64,000 nucleotides of DNA from Lama glama (lineage: Eukaryota). The number at the start of each line of letters is the position of its first letter. Within the stretch, counting starts at the first letter, position 1. The notes beneath the pieces were generated by a model, which was not told where the DNA came from, did no database searches, and worked only from the letters and a program-made list of their open reading frames with translations. A program made the translations under genes and the position numbers. Of this stretch, positions 50,741 through 64,000 are shown one piece after another. The stretch is taken from assembly GCA_028534125.1 (NCBI GenBank), contig CM052818.1:29514001-29578000 (forward strand). Reading direction: 5' to 3'.

Positions 50741-52441
50741 GACGAGGATGGAAGCTACACAGTGTTTTTGGGGAAAACAAATGAGCCTACAACCAAATTG
50801 CCTAATTACTTGATCTTCAGAGACAAGAATATAATTTACAATGCCTAGAGCAGATTTTTTAGAATACATATTATATGTTCTTGAGGTATATTAAGGTGTG
50901 GTTTGGAAACTGGGATCTCTGACAAGAAACATTATGAATCACTTGCTCCGCTAAGAGTATTTTAAAACTCCTTCTAAAAAAAGGTATCTAGCTTTGCTAT
51001 ATTTCCACATTCTAGACACGGCAGAGCATGTCCAATATGCTCTGCCGAACTTATACATATTCCCCCCACCTCCACTGTGGCTGCCTGAAAACCCATACCA
51101 AAAACAGTGATGAATGAATAAAAGATATGACGGAATTTCAGGAGTCTTACTGAAAGTGCTCCTATCTACACTAATGAACTCCAAACTGGACATTCTCCAT
51201 TCCACATGAGCAAGAATCCCTGAGACCTGAGAATGCTTCTGTTCAAAACCCAAATGGCTGCTCAGATATAAATATGGTAACACATCAGGCCCTACGGAAA
51301 CCAGGCCAGGAAGAACGATTCGCTCCATGTCTCAATAGTCTTGAGGAAACGATGGAACTGACCCATCCACTCCTCTGTCCATCACCAACCCACCCCAACC
51401 TTTCTTAGAAGTAAGAGGGGTAGACAGTATGAGCTTTAAAAAAAAAAAAGGGGGGGAGTGAAGAGAAGTAGGAAAGCAAAAAAAAAAAAAAACGGGCAGG
51501 AAAGCAGATGGGTTTTCATTCCCTAAAAAAGCCAATTCTGAGGCTCAGAGACATCAGGACATGCAGCTGTCAGAGGGAAGGGTACAGACAGAACATGTGA
51601 GAGCTGGAGTCTCTGCCCACAACATGATGTGAGGAGCGCACAGCATCTCAAGGGATGGAATGGGATGGTAAGGCTGGTGCAGCAATACGGGAGGTAAGTC
51701 CCGAGAAGATCCAGGAACAGCCACAGAAGCCAGACCTCATGGAGACTAGGGAGTATTTCAGGAACTGCTAAGATGCTAAGAGTCCACGGTACTTTCAGCA
51801 ACCCATTAGAGACTGCCCTGTCCCCAGCCCTTTCCAGAAAAGGCTGTTGAATGACATTCTTGTAACCAACATTAATGTGACAGAAAGCTTCTCTCTGGCT
51901 AATGCTGCTTCTGCTTGGTGCTCCACTTCTGCCATGGGTACGAACTGCTTAACTCTAACGTCCCAATACCTTCACAGAGGTTCTGGTTCACTTCATCAGT
52001 ACCATCCCTGCTGGGGAAAGCTCTTCTGCCGAGGAACTTTCTAAGGCAGCCAGCCAGGTCGGACTGGTTTTTCTTAAGTGCCTATCCACTTTCCAGTCCA
52101 CTCTGGCAAGAATGTGGGGTCCCCATCATAGCATTTTTACCTACATGCATCCTATATGATTAGAACAGTACTGTCTGCTCTACTAGATTAACAGCTGATT
52201 CGTCTGGGTTGTTTCAAAGTCTTCTGCCTTGCTGATAAAACCATCTAAGAAAAGATGGCAAAGGAGATGGCATGTTAGTAGACCAGATATGTGTCTTTTT
52301 CAGGAAACACTGGAACCACACAAGGCCTCTGGCTGGATCATTCCACCCACCCCACATTCCATCAGTCAAAGCAAGTTATTCTGGGATGAATAAAATGTCA
52401 TGAAAAAAGTTTAAATGGTCAGGGAAGTATTAACAAAAAAA

Positions 52442-52442
<1 letters not shown>

Positions 52443-52494
<52 letters not shown>
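52443..52494. repeat. Compound microsatellite (TA)13(CA)13
   Basis: Read directly: TA repeats at 52443-52468, CA repeats at 52469-52494, then a degenerate TA tail. Confidence 0.97.
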
Positions 52495-52502
<8 letters not shown>

Positions 52503-55500
52503 CATATATGCTGCTGTCTCATGCTATAAAAACAAACTAAAGCACACTTAAATAGTCTTCCATGTTCATTAAATATTGCCAGTAAAAAAAAAAAAAAAAA
52601 GAGGGGGGAGGACCTCAGGACAAGAATGTATCTACCTAACCGAACCACAAGGGGATAAAATATAAATTCAAAGATTTCATTTGTGGGGATGACGACTGTA
52701 GCCCCACAGAGCAAGGCAGAGGCCTGCTTCAGCAGCCTGCCATGGAATGTAAGCTGAGCACATGGGAGGAAGCGCTCTGGTCTCTGCTGGATCTGAAGCA
52801 GGTGGCTGCAACCAGGAGAGGCACCTGTAGCCATTAAGCAGCCTTCATTAAAACCAGGAGCACAGCTGCCTGGTGTGTGTGGTTGCAGGAGGCGACGGGG
52901 GAGAGCACTACATCCCACACAAGAAGCCCAGGGGCCATCAAACAAAAGGAACCACGACCAACTCCCTCTCACCTGCTCTGTGGATGCAAAGCTTTCCAAA
53001 TCTGTTTCTAGGATACAGGGATTTTTAAATAACTGTGATGGTGTTCCCAAGAGCAACCACTGCCCACTTAAAATGTTTTCATTCAGTGAAACTGGAAACT
53101 TGAGGGAGCAAACTTGTGCAGCACAGTCAGGGCTACAAGAATTTCTTAATGGATACTTGCTATACAGATGATGTAAGAAGCTCCAAGAAGTAAATGTTTA
53201 AGTAATACACATTCATATATTGACCGAATATATTTGTGTGTATACATGTATTTACACATATATAACAAGTTTGCCTGTCAGAAGAAATACTCATATAACC
53301 ATCTTGCAACTACCTCTCAGGGAAGCAAGGTTTTCCTCCTGCTCCAGCCATGGGTTAACTTCCACTATCTGTACGGGAGGAGCACGAGGCAACCAGGGCA
53401 GCTGGCTCTCAGCTTAACTACGTTTCAATTTCTGAAGAGGCTAATCCCAAGTCAATAGTGAAAAATAATGCACGGCTAAAATCGCAGAAAATTACAACAC
53501 AAAAACTTCTTTAAGAAACAGCAAATAAAAACACAAAAAGGTACTGTGGTCTTCACTTCCTCAAAGCGGGAACAGATTCACCACAAGGCGATCAATTATA
53601 ACACAAAGAGGACCTTTCTGTAAGAAGGCTAACCCACAAGACGACAAAGCATTCTACTTCAATTCCCTTTAGATACAAAACTACTGCTCGTGAGGTGTTA
53701 CGAAGCATGATTTCAACTCTAATAATGATTAATTTTCTAGAAACCATTTTCCCATTTAGAAGTAAAGTCAAGTCCTCAATTTCTGGTAAATAAATCCTAA
53801 GGCTCAGGAGGCACCATCTTTTTTCAAACCAAGTTTTCTCCTCCCAACACACTGGTTTGTAGTTTCCCACAGGCCAAACCATCAATTCACGTGTTCCATT
53901 TTTCCTTAGAAATAGCACAGTTTGCTCGCAGATTATTCTGGAGCCCTATAGCATTTCTCAATATCTGAACTCACATAGTCTGAACACCCAGAAATGTCCC
54001 TGGATTGCTTTATTTGTTGTGAAATCCTGGGCCCTTCGAGATTAAAGCCTCTTTCCCTGGGACGGAAAGATGCCCGCTGGGAATTTCGGTTACATAATCC
54101 TTTCACTTTAGGTTTTCTCCACTGTTTTCATATTGGTGGATAAGCTTCTTGGCAGTGTTTATAAGCAATCCAATAGCAACCACTTCCCAGCTATCTTAAA
54201 CTGTGAGTGATTAAGAAACAAGAAGGATGGTCTTGTTCATATACGTCCCTGGACTGGGATATGACCAAACAACCCCTCGATATAATAAACCACCCACCCT
54301 CACACCTCCAACTGAGGCACAGTGGCCACAGCAAGACCGTACATGGAACTTCTCCTACAACAGGTAATATGCCATCGGAATCCAAGTCCTAAGGACATCA
54401 ACTCTGCAAAACCCTGGTGTTCACCCACATTCCTCAGAATGCTTTCTGCAGCATTTTTTATATCCACTGTGCTGTTGCTTTGCTGTTTAGGCTTTTAGGC
54501 CAACAAGGACTTTGCCAGAAATTACTGACAAGTGGGTGATTTTCTTCTGGCCATTCAAGTGTTAAGATCCACCCTGCCATACGGCTGGGAAACTGGCTCA
54601 GGGTCCCCAGTTCCCACACACAGTTGTGGGCAAGTGACCAAGCATATTCAGGAACTTGTTGATTTCACAAGGGAAAAAGCACAGAGCTTTACTATCATTC
54701 TTTCTTTAAGGCAGTATGTTTGCACACGTAGTATCCCTTTTAAATGCTAAACTTTTCGTTAGTTTGTATCAGCTTTGGGTAAGATCGTTTCTGGGTGGTT
54801 CAAATTCTACTGCTACTTTGTACCTGCTGGATTGGGATGAAGCCATTCCCCAAGACACATTAACCTCCACACGACAAGCTAAAGGTAGTCTCCACGCAGG
54901 AAAGGCTTTCCAGTGCTGAAGAATGCACATCTGTGGAATGCTCCTCTCTCCCAAGTGCCCGCTTCATCCACCTCCAAAGCTTTGCCCTGGTGGGGCTCCC
55001 AACCAATCAGAACCTATCAGAGAGGGCATCTGAGACAACGGGGATTGCCAGCACATTTGCATCTCCTCTCTTTTCTCTCTTCACATCCTCTTCCTACCAC
55101 CCATATCCTCAAGGTCAACATCCAAATAAGGTGAGGGTGGTTCTCAGGACCAGACCCCTTCTCAGCTACATTTTCAAATTGTTCCTCTGGAGGTCACCAT
55201 ACTGCAAATTCATCCTGCAATTAGGAATCTGGTTCCAATTCTGCTCATCTGTACTGAGGACATTGACATTTGCCTTCATCCAGTTGCCACTCCACCTTCT
55301 CCCCTTCTTGCAAAGGCCCAATGAGCAGAGGATGAATTTTGACTTCCTTACTCTCAAGTCAACTTCCATCTGTGGTGGGTGCTCTGAACTACAGCACAGA
55401 CTTCCCCCATGAAGATTCTGGAACTGGCACTGTGTATCCAGAGCCTGTCAATGTTCCTACCCACCTACCTGAACTGGCTGGCACAGCAGAACAGTCCAGG

Positions 55501-57254
55501 CCAAATACTGCCTGTCTAGCCCTTAAACTTCAGATTTGTTTTGCTAAAACAAACCTCTTGGATGTTTCCTCTAACCCTCTGCAGAACCACTCTCTTCTCT
55601 CAGTCAGGACTACCAGGACAATTTAATGGTAATGGTAACATCTTCGCTCTGTCAGTCTGCAACCATACATAACCTTCACTCCAGACACATGCATTTTTCA
55701 AGGGGAGATACAACATCTGTCATCAAGCAATGAGATACTCTCATGTCTTATGCTTCTTGATGTCAGAGTGAACACAGCTGAAGGCTAATGCCAGCACAAT
55801 CGACCACAGTGTCACTAAAAAAGGAAGCCTCATGTGCCCAAAGGGCCCAGGCCTTTCCTAACATGGAGCTACGAGCTGCAGTCAGGCTAGAGCTGGGCTG
55901 CACGGACTTGGGAACAACGGGCTCTTTGCCTCCCTCTCAAATCCAAGACCTGAGTGGCTGTTCTATCTTCTAATGGGGGAGCTGGGAACTCCAATCAGCC
56001 ATGACTGACCAGTGGGCAGCAGCTGAGTTGACTGGTCTGTTGCAAGGACTGGAAGAGGTCAGCACAGACCACAGGATCCAGGACTGTTTGTTCCTGGGGT
56101 CCCAGGACAGGTGGGGTAAGGCTTTCCTCTGCCAGAAGTGGCCTTCTGTGTGGGGCTGGGTACATGCTGCCTGCACCAGTGTGGCTGCTAACCTAAGCAG
56201 GAAGGTTATGTTTAACAATTTAAGTACAAATGAAAGTAGGCTTGTCCTAACTTTTTATAACTCAACAGTATCCATGTTTGCCATGCCAGTCATCACTCCC
56301 ACTCTCATATCTCACAGCATATCAGAAGGTAATACGGCCATTCTTTTAAGAGTCTGACTTGTATCTACTTTAAAAACTTTAGAGAGGTAGTATGTAACAG
56401 TGTCTGCCTTTCTTGAAATTTCAGATTTTGACTCTATTGCATTTAAATTAAGATTATGGTAGGCAACTTTAAAATACAATCAACCTTTTAAAAAGCTAAG
56501 TCCATCTTGATAGGAAAACAACTAGAATGAGCAATTTAGAAAAGTTTAAATGTATAGAAATTTCCAAATATTAAACTGATATAATAGCAAAAGTGGAGCA
56601 GGTGAATATTTAAATCAGATTCCCCAATTTCTTAGCTCTGGGACTCTTTGCATTATCTGCAAACCAGTTGTCTAGGAAGCTATTTCAGTTACACGGATAT
56701 TTCTGCTCATCCTAAAGACTTCCTTCATTAGTAACTCCACACTCTACCTTAGTAAGCTCTCTAGGGCTCATTAACCCTGATGATTAAACTGTCCTTCCAC
56801 CATCAGCCATAATAGAAACACTATTTTCTGGTTTTAATATTATCAAGCATCCCATGGTATTTTTACCACAACAGGAGATAGCATGGGGTAGATACTTATT
56901 ACCCTCAAGGTCTTCTAGTGGGCTGTGCCAAACTCATCTCTACAAGTTATTTGGGTTTGCTCCTGAGCAGAGGCTACTATAAGAATTTCAACTGACCATT
57001 TTTATAAGATCATCTTTGAAACAATATCATGTCCTTTCATCTTGCCTCCCTCTAGATTAAAAATACTAATAAACCAACTGCAACAGATTTTGGTTTATGT
57101 ACTCAAACATTTCCTACAAGTTACCAAAGCAGGTACTCAATAAAGTAGACCCTCTCAACCCCCTATCTTAGGACTTTGGAGAGAAGCAGTGACCTCCATT
57201 CTGTAAGTTTTTATAACTATCTATTTAGAATTAATTTTGAAAGTATTTTCATAG

Positions 57255-57775
57255 TTTTTTTTTAATACATGACTTTAGTATATTCAGAAGTTTGTGTAAC
57301 CATGATGACTAATTCCAGAACACTTTCATCAGCCCAAAAGAAAACTCCTTACCCATAAATGGTTACTCCTCATTCCTGCTCTCCCCAGCACCCAGCAACC
57401 ACTCATCCACTGTCTGTCTGTCTGTCTGTCTGTCTGGGTTCTTCATGTAAATGGAATCAGGGGACCTGGAGTCCTTTGTATCTGGGCTCTTCCTCAGCTT
57501 GCCATCAAGGTTCATTCACACTGTGGCACATATCATATTTCATCCCTTTTTATGGCTTAACAGCTAACGGCAGGATACACCACCTTTCGTTTATCCACGA
57601 TCAGCTGATGGGCAGTTTGGCGGTTCTCACTTTTTGGCAACTGTGACTAACACTGCTATGAACATTTGTATACACGGTTTTGAGTACACACATTCTTACT
57701 CCTCTTGGGTATATACTTAGGAGCAGAACTGCTGGGTCATAGAGTTAACTCAATGTTTAACTTTTTGAGGAACTC
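57255..57775 (-). mobile_element. L1MB-type 3' region
   Basis: taattccagaacactttcatca.cccaaaagaaa, ctgctatgaacattt, cttgggtatatacttaggag..gaactgctgggtcata; contains a short (ctgt)n. Confidence 0.88.
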
Positions 57776-58160
57776 GGGGTGATACCTTGATGTGATTCCA
57801 GCTGCATGGCCATTACTGGATCATCCAGTGAAAATGTTATTTCCACCAGTATCAAAAGGCTTTCTATAAACAAGCAGGAGTAACACCCATTACGTTTCCA
57901 GATGCTGTGGCGTGCTGCACTAACATTACAGGAAACTAGGCATATCACACACAAGGGGTGTCCTGGTAGTCCATGACTTTCCAGCTGCCTCTGAACTAAG
58001 TGGAGCTATGAGTAAGAACTAAGGGTGGGTTGCTGGGGACAGTGACAATGAAGAACAGTTGGTTACAGACAGGGCCCTTTGAGTATCTTTTTATTCAACT
58101 GTCCTATTCCAGGCACCCCAGTCAATCAGGTTCAAAATCCAGATCTTTTCAGCAGACTGA

Positions 58161-59117
58161 TTTTTTTTTTAAACTTAAGTAAAGTTGATTTACAATATTG
58201 TGTTAGTTTCAGGTGTATAACATACCGATTCAGTATTTTTGCAGATTATATTCCATTACAAGATAATGGGTATAATTCCCTGTGCTACACAGTATATCCT
58301 GTTGCTTATTTTATATAGAGTAGTTTGTATCTGTTAAACTCATACCTCTAGATTTTTCCTTCCTTCCTTCCCTCTCCTCTTTGGTAACCACAAGTTTGTT
58401 TTCTCTTTCTGTGAGTCTGTTTCTGTTTTGCATATACATTCATTTTTAGATTCCATATATAAGTGATATCATACAAGATTTGTCTTTCTCTGACTTAATT
58501 CACTAAATGCAACTGAGTAATATTCCATTGTATATATGCTCCACATCGTAATCCAACCGCCTGTTGATGGGTGCTTGGATGGCTTCCATGTCTTGCCTAT
58601 TGTAAATAGTGCTGCTATGAACACTGTAGTGCATGTAGTTTTTCAAACTAGTGTTTTTGTTTTTTCCAGATAAATATCAAGGAGTGGAGTTGTTGGGTCA
58701 TAAGGTAGTTCCATCTTTAGTTTTTTGAGGAACCCCTACACTGATTTCCACAGTGGCTGCACCAATTTACACTCCCATCAACAGAGCACAAGTACATTCC
58801 CTTTTCTCCACATCCTCCCCAACATTTCCTCTTCATAGGCCTTTTTGTGATAGCCTGTCTGACAAGTGTGAGGGGATACCTCATTGTGTTTTTGATTTGC
58901 ATTTCTCTAACAAAGATGTTCACCATCTCTTCATGTGCCTGTTAGCCACCTGTGTGTCTTCTTCAGATAAATGCCTATTCAAGTCTTCTGCCCCTTTTTT
59001 GACTGGATTGTTTGTTTTTTTGATATTGAGTTGTATGAGCTGTTTATTTTGGATATTAACTTCCTGTCAGTCTCATCATTTGCAAATATTTTCTCCCATT
59101 CCATAGGTTGCCTTTTT
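58161..59117 (-). mobile_element. Cetartiodactyl-type L1, 5'-truncated
   Basis: T10 then gttgatttacaatattgtgttagtttcaggtgta. ORF2-like translation REMQIKNTMRYPLTLVRQAI. Degenerate TSD agcagactga (58151-58160) / agtagattga (59118-59127). Confidence 0.92.
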
Positions 59118-59145
59118 AGTAGATTGAGAAACTGAGCCTCTAGAT

Positions 59146-59352
59146 CAGCGTTTGGCAAATGACAGCCAGTGGGTCAAACCCAGCCAGCTACCTGAATTTT
59201 TACAACCTACCAGCTAAGAAATTTTACATTTTTCAATGCTTGCACTTTAAATATCTAACTATCTACATATAACATCCTCAATTTGTATCTTGGCTCATGA
59301 TGCCTAAAATACTTATTATTAAGTCCTTTAAGAAACAATCTGCAGACCCCTG
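59146..59352. mobile_element. MER58-type hAT element with both ends
   Basis: cagcgtttggcaaa...gcctaaaatactta..gtcctttaagaaa..tgcagacccctg. TSD ctctagat (59138-59145) / ctccagat (59353-59360). Confidence 0.85.
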
Positions 59353-59829
59353 CTCCAGATGATCCCCATGCAAATTAAGCTGTATTAAGACCAATGGATA
59401 AAGCAGAGCGCTGTTATTAATTTATCACTAGAAATATCTAGCAACCAGACAATACCCAACTCATGAAGTCAAATTACTAAGAAGTGACTCAGAAAGCTGG
59501 TAAATGCACTAGATCAAAATAGGAAAAGCAGCATGTAGACATCGGAGAGGAACAGTTATGTCATCAAAACTCTAACAAATTCCAATGAAGTATTCATTCC
59601 TCACAAAGGATACCTTGCTAGCAACTTGATAGTCTGTGTTTCCCTGTCTAGACTGTTTTATCTGGAGAGTGCTAGACTTAACACTTTAACACATTCTATT
59701 TTACTGAACCCATCACCCCTACATCAACTTCTTCCTACTATTCTGATCAATTCTCTTTTCCTTTATCAGATGTCAACAGCAAATCCTTATTCACTTGATC
59801 TTTAAGTGTTGCTGCCTCTTATCATAAGC

Positions 59830-60035
59830 TGATTACGTTACATGATGCTTAGAGATCTAGGTACACATCACGGTTGCTCAGTGGTTGTGGCATGCATCAC
59901 ATTCCTTTTTACAGCTGAATCACTAATTGTAGGATATACCACATGTGTTTGTCTACTATCAGCTGCTGGACATTTTGGTTGTTCACTTTTTGGCTATTGT
60001 GAATAATGCTGCTACAAATATTTGTATACAAGTTA
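59830..60035 (-). mobile_element. Old L1 (L1MC/ME-like) fragment
   Basis: ggacattttggttgttcactttttggctattgtgaataatgctgctacaaatatttgtatacaagtt. Confidence 0.75.
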
Positions 60036-62402
60036 TCAACATTAGGCCTACCAACTGGTAGTTAGTTACTGTAGGCTACCTTTTCTATCTCACATAAAGA
60101 GGGAAAGAACATTTGTTCTTTACCAGCCTAAATGTTTTCTCTAGTCCTCACAGCTTCTCAAAAGCACTTCCATGGACTGCTACGACACAGCAGCCCAGGT
60201 TCATCCCCAAGCACAACATGCCCTCCTAATGGCATTATCTTCTGTTTTCCTAGAGTCAGAAATATCTATTCCTACTGTTAGACCTTCAACTCCTTCAGCA
60301 AAATGTGAAGTTAATCTGTTGGCATTTCACTTCTTTTATAAAAGTGAAAATGAAAATACTAAAAGTTTCTGCTTTTCCTCAGACTCCCCTTACTAACTTC
60401 CCCTTCCTTTCTATTTCATGGAAGCTTTCCTTGGGGGCTCCTTTTACCTAGAGCAGAGTTGGATGTGGGGCAACAATACCTTTAGGTCCTTACTGCTACT
60501 TGTACCTTCTAGATTCTAGTTTTAATCTCCCTATTATTCTTACTCAGTTTTGGTACTTAATATCCTTAATAGTCCTGCCAAATTACCCATTTTTAAAACT
60601 TTCCAATTAGCTCTCCAGGTCTCAGTAGAGCTCTGGTCTCAGCCACAAACAGCCATGTCTCCCACCTGGTCTCTCCTACGTATCTGCCTAATTTACTTCC
60701 TCGGCCTCTTCTTAAACAATAACCAACTTTCGACAGGTTTCAGCAGAGCACTCCATCACAGTGATCGTGTTTCAGTCTAAACTGCTTTACTAGCTCCCCA
60801 GTACAGAGAAGCTACATTTAAACAGGGTGAGTGAGGCATTCATGTACAGTACAGATAAGAAACTTCGTACTCTTCTAAAATGTAACTTCATCTTCCAAAA
60901 GACAGTTCAAAGGTTTGAGAGTCTCAAATACATACATACACATACACAGTGGGAATTTTCATTTCAATAATTAATCATCTATAATCAACCCAAACCACAA
61001 TCTAGTCTCTAGTCTTAATACCAGGGATTCTCAAACCATCTTTTCCTTACACCTCCATGAAGTTCAGAATTCTTTTATCAATATGATTGAAAGCTTTCAA
61101 AAACTCTCTTCCTATCACATTCTCATCTTGGAAAGCTTCTACAAAATATGATCCATATAAAGCTCCAAAGAATTAAGAAGTATCTCTTCTTGGTTTATTT
61201 TATTTTTTCAGATTGAGATTAGAAAATATTATAGGGATATTCCTACAGAACAGGCTATTAAGGACTAAAATTAAAGGATCTTTAAATACAAGGTGGATAC
61301 ATCTATTGCTTTGTAAATAACTGGGAAGCTATCCTGTCTAAAGGGCGAGGAGATGATGTGCATGCACCATTTCTCCCTTCTTCCCTCATCATTCTAATAA
61401 ATCACCTCCAACTATTGCTCTGGGGTCCAGCCACAAGGCATGAGCACAATTTTCTCAGAAAGATGAAAAGTGAATTGTACACACCTTATATTAGCTACTC
61501 TTTTTTGCTAAGTGACCGATGTTGGGAGGTGGGGCTGGGCCCCGGGAATCAAGTCCATACAGACACAGACTTCTCAAGTGCCAAACAGTAGTAAAAATCC
61601 TCTTTCAGCTTCCCACATGACTCTGGGTGGTGAAAGAAGTCCCCGTCAACCCCACCACTGGCATTCTCTTTCACTACTTATGGCGCAGGCCATCAGTCAA
61701 CGTGAGACGGAGCAGGAAGCTGCTGGAAGGAGAGCATGCATCCAACTCCCGCCTTTGACCCGTCTGCCGTCTCCCTGAAGAACATTTTCTCCAGACGCTG
61801 CCAGCAGACACTCGGTAATACCTAAACCACAAATCATCACATTCCCCACCCTTGGAGCCAGGGCTCGTCCTTGAACTTCCCACACAGTGAGGTATTAACC
61901 AAGCTGGCCACTGATACAATGGCTCCTTACAGACTCAGTAAAACCTGTCACACTGTCTGATCAATACACCAAAAAAGTGCACCCCCAAACAAAAACATCC
62001 GCTGCAGGCAGACCTCAGGGAGCACCGCTGGACGCTGCAGACACAGCACCAAGGACGCATCCTGGCTAGCTCACTATGGAAAGTATCTTATCAATGTAAA
62101 CATGTCAGACATAGAACCATATCAAAAATTAGAGCAAGTATGTCTCAGAAATGGAGCCAACTTGCAGAAACAGAATTAGAGGCAGGTCACATCTGTCTCT
62201 TCGGCAACATGCTGGAAAACCGCCTTTCCTCTGAATAAGGAACCATGTTGCTGTCTGGTTGCTTTAGGCACCGGTGTGGGTATTTCAAAACTAATTCTTG
62301 AATTTTATCTACTAGGACACATTAAAGCCATCTACACAGAGCCAACTATTTCCAAACCACAATACAGTAACTCAGAAAGACGACTGGCAGGACCATACTC
62401 AC

Positions 62403-62572
62403 ACTGAAAAGGTGCCGCCACGTGATCTTGCCCGTGTCTCAGAGGGAACGACCCTTCCGTAGACTGCTCCCCCGCCATCGCCTTCTGGGCAGCAAAGTAC
62501 TTGGGCTTGAGCACATATTCCTGGGTCTGGCCACGATGAATCATCACATTCTGGGAGGACAGGGGTGTCACC
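62403..62572 (-). CDS. LTBP1: LTBP1 long-isoform (LTBP1L) internal coding exon, 170 bp
   Basis: Translates to VTPLSSQNVMIHRGQTQEYVLKPKYFAAQKAMAGEQSTEGSFPLRHGQDHVAAPFQ, which I recognise as the end of the LTBP1L N-terminal extension. Acceptor tttactgtatttcttcccag|G at 62573/62572 and donor CAG T|gtgagt at 62403/62402. The phase-1 end joins TG at 37420 to give in-frame ...[13 protein letters not shown]. Confidence 0.93.
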
Positions 62573-62919
62573 CTGGGAAGAAATACAGTAAAGATAAAGT
62601 TAAAGATGGACTTTTAAAAGTCAATCAAGAAGGAAAGAGTAAGAGGTCACTTAAACTTAGAAAGGGGCATAAAGCTTCCATGCAAGGCTAATTTTTTCCT
62701 TCATTAACTGTAGTCATGACATAGGAAGAACTAATTACTTACTCTCGGAAATCTCCAACATCAAGGGGACTCCACCTCGTCAAGAAGCCTGAGGACACAT
62801 AGGCCACCACGTGGAGCCCATCAAAGGATTTACAGCACAGCTACCCTGAGTCCTCACGTAACACACGCAGAAGTTGTATTTAAGACAAAAACACCCACGA
62901 ACAGGTAATGATATAAAAA

Positions 62920-63010
62920 AGGTACTGAACCTCTCTGAGCCTCAGTTCCCTCATCTGTACTGTGTACTCTCTGCCACACAGGGCTAGGAAAACAAATTCT
63001 TGTAAAAATC
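62920..63010 (+). mobile_element. MIR fragment
   Basis: Core aacctctctgagcctcagttccctcatctgta. Confidence 0.75.
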
Positions 63011-64000
63011 TCAACATAGAAAAACTGAAAACTTTCATAATTTTATAAAATATAAATGATGACGACTAGGAAAACACACATTCATCATTTATTGTAGTTA
63101 ACATTTATTTTAATATTTTTATGGACTATCTCATAAATGATAACTGTACCATTTAAGTTAAATGTTTCATAGTTACTAGTTCCTAAGAATAATAACCTAA
63201 GACGTAATTTTACCAATGACATGAGTCAAGACTTCTGAGGACTCTGGAACACGATTACTGTGTTTCCACCCTCCGGCTAGAACCCTTTTCTACGATGGTT
63301 CTCTTCTGCTGCATGCAGTGTATACTTTAAAATGAGCCTTCACCCAGGTTAAATCTCTCCCTGAGGGACAGAACTGAAGTCATTCACTAAGACAAATAAT
63401 AAACAAAGATATACCAACTAATTCTGGAAAAGGTAAACTTGCTACTAAAATTGTTAGGAAAGAGCATTTTAGCAGCAAATTGAGCCTTTGGAAGGAAACT
63501 TGCTCTCTGGTGTCATCTTGAATGTCACTGACTGTGACACATTAAAGCCTTGTGAACCAAACAAAGCATTTCCAAACTACCACAGTGTAACCTGGGGAAA
63601 TGGTTGACTGGGCTCTACTCACGCTAATAAGGTGCCACAAAGCCCCGAAGACTGGCCCTGATAAGGGACTATCTGAACAAGAGGAAGAAATGACACCACC
63701 ACTGGTCACTGTGAAAGGTAAAATTGTCAAGCCACCAAACACACCCACATGGTGTCTCATCAAAAGCAGGAACAGAGTCTCGAAGAAACCCAGCCTACTG
63801 GGTTTTCAGTTGGGACTCGTGAGCTACTGTGTGGACAAGGCATCCATGAGAGACACAGGAACAGAAGAGGCTGGGATTAAGGGTGCTCCCCTCTTAACCA
63901 GTTAGTGACCTAAATCTATCACTTTCAACCCTGCAGTCTCAGGAAAGCCTAGGAAACGATCCTGTGCCTAGATTTTCTCAGACGCAATGCCATGGGAGGC

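Larger units (their letters stand above)
37421..62402 (-). other. LTBP1: LTBP1L intron (about 25 kb, GT-AG) containing the LTBP1S promoter
   Basis: Bounded by gtgagt at 62402 and ctag ending at 37421; no other LTBP1-like coding segment recognised in between. Confidence 0.85.

Noticed and set aside
52430..53056. Longest ORF in the track (208 aa)
   Set aside because: Non-ATG start, runs through an A-tract and the microsatellite (CVCVYIYIY), and has no recognisable domain.
54900..55630. Overlapping ORFs of 67-159 aa with nearby CCAAT and octamer motifs; possible pseudogene
   Set aside because: No recognisable protein, poly(A) tail or TSD; motifs expected by chance. A BLASTX or Dfam search would settle it.
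62332..62402. ORF extension CEYGPASRL... beyond the L exon
   Set aside because: Lies after the gtgagt donor; LTBP1 similarity stops at APFQ.
1..64000. Prokaryotic-type systems (CRISPR array, operon, defence locus) or a novel gene
   Set aside because: No regularly spaced direct repeats and no dense coding. The sequence is mammalian intron with typical repeats.

Overview
Mammalian nuclear DNA, not prokaryotic; a tRNA-derived SINE and the L1 3' ends suggest a camelid (inference). The whole window lies inside LTBP1 (latent TGF-beta binding protein 1) on the minus strand. It holds two coding exons. One is a 170-bp long-isoform (LTBP1L) exon at 62403-62572. The other, at 37253-37475, is the first coding exon of the short isoform (LTBP1S, own ATG and signal peptide) and also an internal LTBP1L exon through an acceptor inside the signal-peptide codons (37420). 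The rest is intron, with many L1, L2, MIR, CR1/L3, MaLR LTR, Tigger and hAT-Charlie relics. All other ORFs in the track look spurious or repeat-derived. I found no convincing new gene or new biological system. The most interesting signals are the dual-use signal-peptide/splice-acceptor sequence, the LTBP1S promoter, a possible L1 3' transduction, an internally deleted SINE and a few candidate enhancers. Repeat family names come from recognition by eye, and their boundaries are approximate unless a target-site duplication (TSD) is given.
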